A stretch of DNA of 63,475 bases, the filler included, from Salisapilia sapeloensis CBS 127946 (Eukaryota > Protista > Oomycota): the NCBI GenBank assembly GCA_023334545.1. It is 14 parts of 14 records of this genome, joined end to end, with 100 filler letters (N's around TTAATTAATTAA, not from the genome) between each part and the next. Parts side by side here need not be neighbours in the genome. Positions count along the whole stretch, not along the records: positions 56,651 to 58,445 come from JAADVB010001040.1; positions 58,546 to 60,882 come from JAADVB010000918.1; positions 60,983 to 62,007 come from JAADVB010001347.1; positions 62,108 to 63,475 come from JAADVB010001173.1; 10 more parts are not named here. The stretch is one strand, 5' to 3'. This document shows, in pieces, positions 56,947 through 63,475 of this stretch. The position numbers were made by a program, and so were the translations under genes. The notes beneath the pieces are model-generated. The model made no database searches and was not told the origin of the DNA. It worked only from the letters and a program-made list of their open reading frames with translations. Every line of letters starts with the position of its first letter. Within the stretch, counting starts at the first letter, position 1.

Positions 56947-57783
56947 CTAGGTGCCAAGTTCCCACACTCCAAAGGAGTCTGATGAATCCCAAGAAACAAT
57001 GTCACTCGAGTCGCTGGAGCTTTCGTGTATGGATGAAGTACGACTGACGGATGAACTGCTATCACTGTCATCACTGCCGTTGGACAGACGCATGGAAAGG
57101 TTAGGCAGAGGCCGTTGGTTCATCAGGTTCTCAAAGTCTTCCTGTATAAATAATGGAAACGTAGTCTGTAGCTTTCCTCTTCTTCCCGGCGTTCTCCAAA
57201 TGAGATATGTACTACGAATGATTAATACAATTTTATCTCCTACATGAATGTGCTGGAGAAGACTGTCTGAATGCTCGTAGGTCTTGTGATGGAGTCGAAA
57301 AGCACTAAAGTGTGGTCTTCGTGCCACGATATCTCGTGCTACTTCCATTTCGGTACCATTTCCGCTTCGCCGGAAGGCAATGAGCTCTGCCCAGACCGGC
57401 CACTCCTGCTCCGATCCGTCTTTCTGTCCATACGTAGGGACCCATGACGGCTTATACGAACAGCATTCGACCACAAGCTCGGTGCATCGACCAAAAGTGA
57501 TACCTGGAGGTACTACAAAGTCCTGTATGAAACTAGTATCTAGCTTCAGCTGTACGTCATTCGCATCTTGGCGTATGAAGAAGACGTCGACTGTCCGGAG
57601 ACGAAGCGTAAGTCGATTGAGACCGGTGTAATCTAGCACGAGGTTTGCCAGCGTTGCACTCATACCCAAGTGATGGACGAGCAAAGATGCCGTATCGAGC
57701 ATAACTGTAAGCATTGCGTATGTATGTTCCGTTAGATCATCGTCGGGCGTCAGATCCGTAATACCTTCTTGTTCCTGCGCCAT
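56947..57783 (-). CDS. Uncharacterised 278-aa protein, predicted beta-sandwich domain with Ser-rich tail
   Basis: Intact ORF. CCSYKPSW...WPVWAELI...F.LHHKTY...LQHIHVGDKIVLIIRSTY..W resembles a divergent member of a fungal/oomycete SHDQGW-type family (by eye only). Confidence 0.6.
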   Translation of the reverse strand: MAQEQEGITDLTPDDDLTEHTYAMLTVMLDTASLLVHHLGMSATLANLVLDYTGLNRLTLRLRTVDVFFIRQDANDVQLKLDTSFIQDFVVPPGITFGRCTELVVECCSYKPSWVPTYGQKDGSEQEWPVWAELIAFRRSGNGTEMEVARDIVARRPHFSAFRLHHKTYEHSDSLLQHIHVGDKIVLIIRSTYLIWRTPGRRGKLQTTFPLFIQEDFENLMNQRPLPNLSMRLSNGSDDSDSSSSVSRTSSIHESSSDSSDIVSWDSSDSFGVWELGT

Positions 57784-57859
57784 GAGCAGTAAAGAATGCG
57801 CTCGATGGCTTCCTTGATGTATTTAACATTTTACTTTGGACGGTAATTGACAGACGGAT

Positions 57860-58445
57860 ATGCGAATCGTAAAGAGCTCTCGAGCAGCTCTCGCTGCATG
57901 CGTCGGGTGTGGACCCCCTCGGCAAGCCTGGAATGCCACCAGGTACCGGCGCTTTTGTACCGATGATGAGGACAAATATCTTGAGATCCAACAGCTAAAG
58001 GACATCAAGAGGTACATGCTAAACTCAAGATAGATCGATCGGAGTATTGACATTTACAATGATAGTGAAGAGTTCTATGAATATCACAACCAGTATCGGC
58101 GGTACTTTTATTACATTGATCTGCAGGTGCATCTCGTATATGCATAGCAGACTTGAGATAGCTAACGATGTCAAGCAGGGAAGATTGTATCCGGAAAACA
58201 CCAAGCCGAAGAATATAGCCACGTCGCTCAAGAGTGCCCACTTCTTACGCTTCTTCTACTCCCAGCTACGACCTAACGCACCTCCACATCTCGGTGACAC
58301 CTCCAAGTCCGTTCGTGGCGAGTACGCTGCTGCAGACAACGCCTTTGAGGAGTATCCGTACCGGTCGCCATGCGGGAAGGAGATGAACTTGGTCAAGTGC
58401 GCCGACACGCCGTTCGTGTTCTACGACTTGGAAGAGCAGGAGGAG
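57860..58445 (+). CDS. UPF0598 (C8orf82-like) protein, mitochondrial-type presequence, 3 exons, 3' truncated
   Basis: ATG at 57860. Introns 58012-58065 (54 nt) and after IDLQ give RRYFYYIDLQ-GRLYPENTKPKNIATSLKSAHFLRFFYSQLRPN...YPYRSPCGKEMNLVKCADTPFVFYDL. Confidence 0.8.
58305..58445 (+). repeat. 141-bp inverted terminal repeat, right arm
   Basis: Reverse complement of 56651-56791. Confidence 0.95.
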
Positions 58446-58545
58446 NNNNNNNNNNNNNNNNNNNNNNNNNNNNNNNNNNNNNNNNNNNNTTAATTAATTA
58501 ANNNNNNNNNNNNNNNNNNNNNNNNNNNNNNNNNNNNNNNNNNNN
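58446..58545. other. Artificial contig spacer
   Basis: 44N-TTAATTAATTAA-44N. Confidence 0.99.
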
Positions 58546-58686
58546 CCGAGCTGGAGCAGGACGACAAGAACGAAGACTTGATGGAGAATCACGCCTAAGA
58601 CGGTGTATGCCGACAAATTGATATCTCGATTGGCTTGTCGTTGGTAGATACGTGAGCTACTAGACCGAGTAAGAATATTAATTTAC
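58546..58686 (+). repeat. 141-bp inverted terminal repeat, left arm; contains a probable gene 3' end (ELEQDDKNEDLMENHA*, stop 58596-58598)
   Basis: Exact reverse complement of 60742-60882. GC-rich coding-like start followed by an AT-rich 3'UTR-like sequence. Confidence 0.9.
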
Positions 58687-59544
58687 CTAATAAGTTTTTC
58701 TATCTTAAGCTTTTAGGTGATGCACGCTACTAGCGCAGAAATACTTCTTGAGCATTCGAAAACTATAACCTTTTATCAGTTCTGGTGTAAGTGATAGAAG
58801 TGTATAACTTAAGAGCAGAATTAGTAATGAAGCAAAGTGTAGTTACCATCAATTGAGTGCTTTGCTAGGTTTCCATGACCACAAGAGTGCGCATTACTCC
58901 TATCTACCTAGTCGTGACGCACAAATAAAAACAAAGTCCATTCATTATTTCATTGAAAAAAATATTTTATTACTAAGCAAACTATACGGAGGACCGAAAG
59001 GAAGAGACGATTAAAAATACATCCCTTCTGAAATACTACCTGGAAAAAGGTGAAAGCCTATTGAAACTACAACTATCCGCAGGCATGTAGCAGCATATAT
59101 AAGAAGCTTTTACTTGCCCGCTCGTGCAATACATAGATATGCGAAGCATCTCATTAATAACCAAATGGTCAACGTTGATATCACTCTTCAAACAAATCTT
59201 TACCTTTGTTGTACTGTCACTTTTGCGTTGAGGAAACTACTCGTCTACATACCATGCCAAATGAAATAAACATAGGTGTGTGATGTTCATCTTAATCGTA
59301 TACTAGATAATCATCGCGACCACCTCTATCGAGATTTGTGCTGGTACTGCATGTCTTTACTTCACTGAAAGTATAAATGGGATAAAGTAGTATGCGCTTG
59401 GACATGGATTAAAGACTTTAATCTACATCATTGAATTTATCCGCATCATTTAAATTACCGTCTGCTGCGATCAAACTCTTCAAATCTCCACGTAGCGTTA
59501 GAATGGATCCCAAACTACAGTGATAGTCCTTGGCTACATTTACC

Positions 59545-59825
59545 AATTTTGGAAAATAATCATGTAGAATGGATGGACGCTTGTTTTTCGATTCCATCCA
59601 TAATGGTACCATTGCCTATTTATGACGATTCTCATGAAGCTATTTGACCAATTTGTACCCAAGGCAAACTAATCTTGACATACAGCTCTATCACATCCTA
59701 CGACTCTTCAAGGATGAAGTTGTGATAGTTATCGTTCCAAACTAGTTCTAGTCTATTGAAAAAAGATTTTTATTTATTAGGCCAGTGGCAAACTCCCGCT
59801 ATGGTAGAATAGTTAGGCCACATTC
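59545..59825 (+). repeat. Dispersed repeat family, copy 3 (diverged)
   Basis: Shares ttggaaaataatcatg(c/t)agaatggatgga, ggtaccattgc, gaagttgtg, actagttcta, taggccag and aatagttaggcca with copies 1 and 2. Confidence 0.7.
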
Positions 59826-60741
59826 ATTGAGCGGATAAGCGGGTAGTATGCAAGGACAAATAGGAATCATATGAACCAACATGCAGAAACTGTGATAAAA
59901 ATCAATGCCTTAGTCTTTGCCGGTTCATGCTACTCTCAGGTGGGTAGCCACCTTTCTATTCCTATCCATACGTATCGTCCGTTCGTCTGTCATGTCTTGG
60001 TGGGGATTGTGTCGAGCGTATTCTAAGAAGTCCTTCAGGTTGAAGTCGCATTCGATTTACTTGCGCTATTGAGCTCTTCGCCATTTCAATGGTACGGTGT
60101 ACAGTGAGAGCCGCAAATATCACTCAATTATTACGTCCATCACTGTACTGAACCTGTTCCGAAATAATCACGAAGAGCTCAATAGCGCAAGTAAAGCGAA
60201 GAGCTCACCGAGTCTTTCGCGCGCTTTTTCAAATGTGCACACTTCAAGCAGCAGGCATGGCTTAAAGTCTTCTCGAAGATCACTTCCTCCTGATAGCATC
60301 AATGACCAAGACAGAGGCAGACCAAGAATAGGAATTCGCATCTTCATTGGCAGTACAGAACACTCGCCTATGCGTTCGATAAAATGGGATAAAGTCATTT
60401 GAAGTGTTTCGCTAGGTTTCCAATAGCAAGTGGCAAAGCAAAATCGGCTACTATCAACGAACGTGGAGTTAAACATATTAATTATCGCTAACAGAGCTAC
60501 AAAATGTGAATAGCCAATTCTGCCGAATCGGTGTTTAGCGTGAGCACGGCCTAAATGATTACGAAGAGGTAATATAAATCGATTTGTCATGCAAAGCTGT
60601 CGCTTGATCATTCTGATCATCTTGGTCACCAATGCGTGATGCCACCACTAGCAGTAAGCAGTAACATCATTTTATCATATCCAAAGATCTACCAGTGCTT
60701 GAGTACCAACCATACACAAACGGGTTTTGATATGTACTAAA

Positions 60742-60882
60742 GTAAATTAATATTCTTACTCGGTCTAGTAGCTCACGTATCTACCAACGACAAGCCAATC
60801 GAGATATCAATTTGTCGGCATACACCGTCTTAGGCGTGATTCTCCATCAAGTCTTCGTTCTTGTCGTCCTGCTCCAGCTCGG
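60742..60882 (-). repeat. 141-bp inverted terminal repeat, right arm
   Basis: Reverse complement of 58546-58686. Confidence 0.9.
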
Positions 60883-60982
60883 NNNNNNNNNNNNNNNNNN
60901 NNNNNNNNNNNNNNNNNNNNNNNNNNTTAATTAATTAANNNNNNNNNNNNNNNNNNNNNNNNNNNNNNNNNNNNNNNNNNNN
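60883..60982. other. Artificial contig spacer
   Basis: 44N-TTAATTAATTAA-44N. Confidence 0.99.
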
Positions 60983-61243
<261 letters not shown>

Positions 61244-61463
61244 TTAGGTTTATAACCAATGAGATGTACGGAACGAAGGTGGTGCAGGAGCCACCAATTT
61301 TTTGGAGATCTTTGGAAAACTTCAACGCGATCTTGAAGCGTTGGAAAGACAGGTTGGATAGGAAGAAGAGAGAGGTCATGGAGGAGGGAAATGGGGCATG
61401 TATTTGTTGTTTTCGTATCTACCGACGGATCCCAAAACGATAAGTAGTCAGAAAGTATAAAAA

Positions 61464-62007
61464 TCAAATAACAAAGAGTCCGAACATCTCGCTGACCCAC
61501 ATCTCGCGCTGCTCCTCGGCGTTGTTGCGACAATAGAGTTTTTCCCACAGGAGTACTCGTTTCACATTCGCACGTGGATACACTACTCGAGTACTGGGCT
61601 CGTACTGGACGTTCTTGTACATAGACTCGTTCTCCAATACAGGTGTCCAAACCGATTCGGTCCGATCTCGGACGCCGTCTTGCGTCCGATGGCATTCGCT
61701 ATTGTATAGAAAGGTTCCGTACAGCCCTGACACCGTCCCATCATATATATGCAGTAGCAGTCGTTCATCAAACTCGAAGCTTGTTGGGAACTGTTGTGTC
61801 ATCTGCCACACGCAATCCAGAAACTGAAGCATCACAGGTGATCGCTCACTCGGCTGATCCGAAATATCCTTCCCGACACCAATGCGATCAGCAAACTTGT
61901 GTCCGAAAGAGCACCATTCCTTCTCCACTAACACTGCAAATCCTCGTATCGTACGATAGTAAGGATCGAGCATCAACTGCGCCAAGGCTGTCAGCTGCGG
62001 CGTCCGA
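61464..62007 (-). CDS. Myotubularin-family phosphoinositide phosphatase, C-terminal part (partial)
   Basis: RTPQLTALAQLMLDPYYRTIRGFAVLVEKEWCSFGHKFADR, SPVMLQFLDCVWQMTQQFPTSFEF, SGLYGTFLYN. The true 3' end is uncertain. Confidence 0.92.
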
Positions 62008-62107
62008 NNNNNNNNNNNNNNNNNNNNNNNNNNNNNNNNNNNNNNNNNNNNTTAATTAATTAANNNNNNNNNNNNNNNNNNNNNNNNNNNNNNNNNNNNN
62101 NNNNNNN
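62008..62107. other. Artificial contig spacer
   Basis: 44N-TTAATTAATTAA-44N. Confidence 0.99.
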
Positions 62108-62109
62108 CG

Positions 62110-62397
62110 AAGAATCAAACTATATTCCTACATCGCAACCAAGAAAAGTTATCGGTTGATAACCAACGGATGCTATGGACGCACTTGCAAGAGTTTCGAC
62201 TGGACGAATTCGACGTGGAAGAGTATGAAGCTCAGTATAAAAAGGGTGTGCAGGTCTTCCCTCAATTTTCCACTTGTGTTGGTAAGTTAATACACGACGA
62301 AGACAAGTATCGGTTACTACCATTCGAAGACTTGCCATTTTATGGATTGGAAAAACGGCTTTTAGAGTACGTCAAAGAGGCCATGTCGCTATCGTGA
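62110..62397 (+). CDS. 3' end of a protein, possibly oomycete GT71-like mannosyltransferase (partial)
   Basis: Open from the contig edge: KNQTIFLHRNQEKL...LWTHLQEF...FSTCVGK. The FLHRN..KL...WTHLQ pattern recalls that family; not verified. Confidence 0.4.
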   Translation, partial: KNQTIFLHRNQEKLSVDNQRMLWTHLQEFRLDEFDVEEYEAQYKKGVQVFPQFSTCVGKLIHDEDKYRLLPFEDLPFYGLEKRLLEYVKEAMSLS

Positions 62398-62873
62398 GAG
62401 TAAGCGAACTCATCAAGGATCGAAATGTAAGGGCCTGTTCGGTGACACCCAATATAGCATACTTCCTCTGTTTTTGCTTAATTGGTGCTGTTCATTATTA
62501 AGATCAATAGCTTGTAATCTACGACGCTTTTCACAATTCGAATCGGATAAAATGATTTGGCTTGATCTACGCATTTGAATAGAGTCCGTTTGGCGCCAAA
62601 CCGACGATTAGAAAAATATTGTACGGCGGACAAGCAAGTCGCATCAAGCCTCATTTCTGATTTTTACCTACACGTTCAAAAGCTTTCATGCCATGCCAAA
62701 TGACGCATCAACACCTTGATAAAGACGAACGAGTGTCATTGGTATTCTATTTACTTCCGCGAATGGAAAACTGCAGGAACTGACTCATGATCCATGCCTG
62801 TGCCGTTCAATCTCATGTTGCAGAGTTACAATCCAAAGATCTTGCGATGTTTCAAGATCCAATTAACCATTAA

Positions 62874-62900
62874 GAGCATCTCCATCGGTCACTGTAAACA
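62874..62900 (+). mobile_element. Left terminus of PIF/Harbinger (Tourist-like) element
   Basis: TAA + GAGCATCTCCA, the same 11-bp terminus as the reverse complement of the TIR at 26561-26571. The matching right end is not in the window. Confidence 0.65.
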
Positions 62901-63127
62901 GCCCCTGTAAAACAATAAATTCCCAGGAGCGAAATTTATTTCTCCACGGGGCCCTGCAAAGATAACTGTAAATTCGGCACTATAGAATTCGCCCCGGCAC
63001 TGTAAGACTGCTTTCTTTCCCAGTATCCGCACCACTTTTGCAGTATTTTAATAATCAGAAATAATCAGAAAACTTCAATAGCTTTATTTTATTTACACTT
63101 TTATTTTTAGATCGCTTATATTTTATA

Positions 63128-63145
63128 CTCCCTCTGTTCCACAAA
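63128..63145 (+). mobile_element. Left terminus of Stowaway/Tc1-mariner-like element
   Basis: TA + CTCCCTCTGTTCC, the classic Stowaway-type terminus. The partner end is not seen before the window edge. Confidence 0.55.
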
Positions 63146-63475
63146 AAGTTAGCCTGATTTAGACTTATAAATTGTATAGGAGTTTGGTTGCTTTCGTTGC
63201 ATTCAAACGGTACACATTCAACTACAATGAGCGCAGCTATACACTGCCCGCCAAGTAAAACCGTTCACTTTATTTTTTGAATATCTTCGCCAATTCGACG
63301 AATCGAAGGCTGCGAGTGGAGCACAAGACGCCAATTACACCGCAAAAGAAGCTGTTTGTATAATGGAATGGACTTTCGAGGCCCTCGACAGCCTCATAAA
63401 AATAAACTGACTTTAGGGTGCGACAAGTAAATCGTTCACTTATTTTACATACTTTAGTCAAGACAAAAATTTGGA

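Noticed and set aside
58012-58065. In-frame TAG in UPF0598 as a nonsense or readthrough site
   Set aside because: It lies in a normal 54-nt intron (GTACAT...TGAC...GATAG) whose removal restores the frame.

Overview
This is eukaryotic nuclear DNA from an oomycete. The evidence is oomycete-type gene families, short 50-90 nt GT-AG introns and a stramenopile-type EF-1alpha N-terminus; the genus cannot be determined. The window is not one locus. It is 14 contig pieces joined by artificial 100-bp spacers (44 N + TTAATTAATTAA + 44 N), so adjacency across a spacer means nothing. Every checkable contig-end overlap is exactly 141 bp, the signature of a k=141 de Bruijn assembly, and these overlaps expose hidden architecture. 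One contig (12292-16772) is a direct loop: a 4,340-bp tandem or circular unit carrying an intact, highly acidic, Cys/Tyr-rich secreted protein beside a dead propionyl-CoA carboxylase beta gene. Three contigs are hairpin loops, with unique 1.5-2 kb spacers between identical inverted arms. The EF-1alpha contig breaks exactly 141 bp after the A of its ATG. Recognisable housekeeping genes are acetylornithine aminotransferase, Cdt2/DTL, HSF, an AFG1-like ATPase, GDT1/TMEM165, an ABCB transporter, myotubularin, EF-1alpha, a BAR protein, UPF0598 and tRNA-Leu(CAA). There are also three oomycete START-like family genes, a decayed two-ORF PIF/Harbinger transposon with TIRs and an intron, and several pseudogenes. 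The most notable architectures are a bHLH-zipper + F-box fusion, a non-motor IQ protein with a dynein microtubule-binding-like domain, a GDT1 with an EF-hand, and a >1,000-codon ankyrin frame interrupted by a single TGA. All family calls are by eye; no database searches were run.
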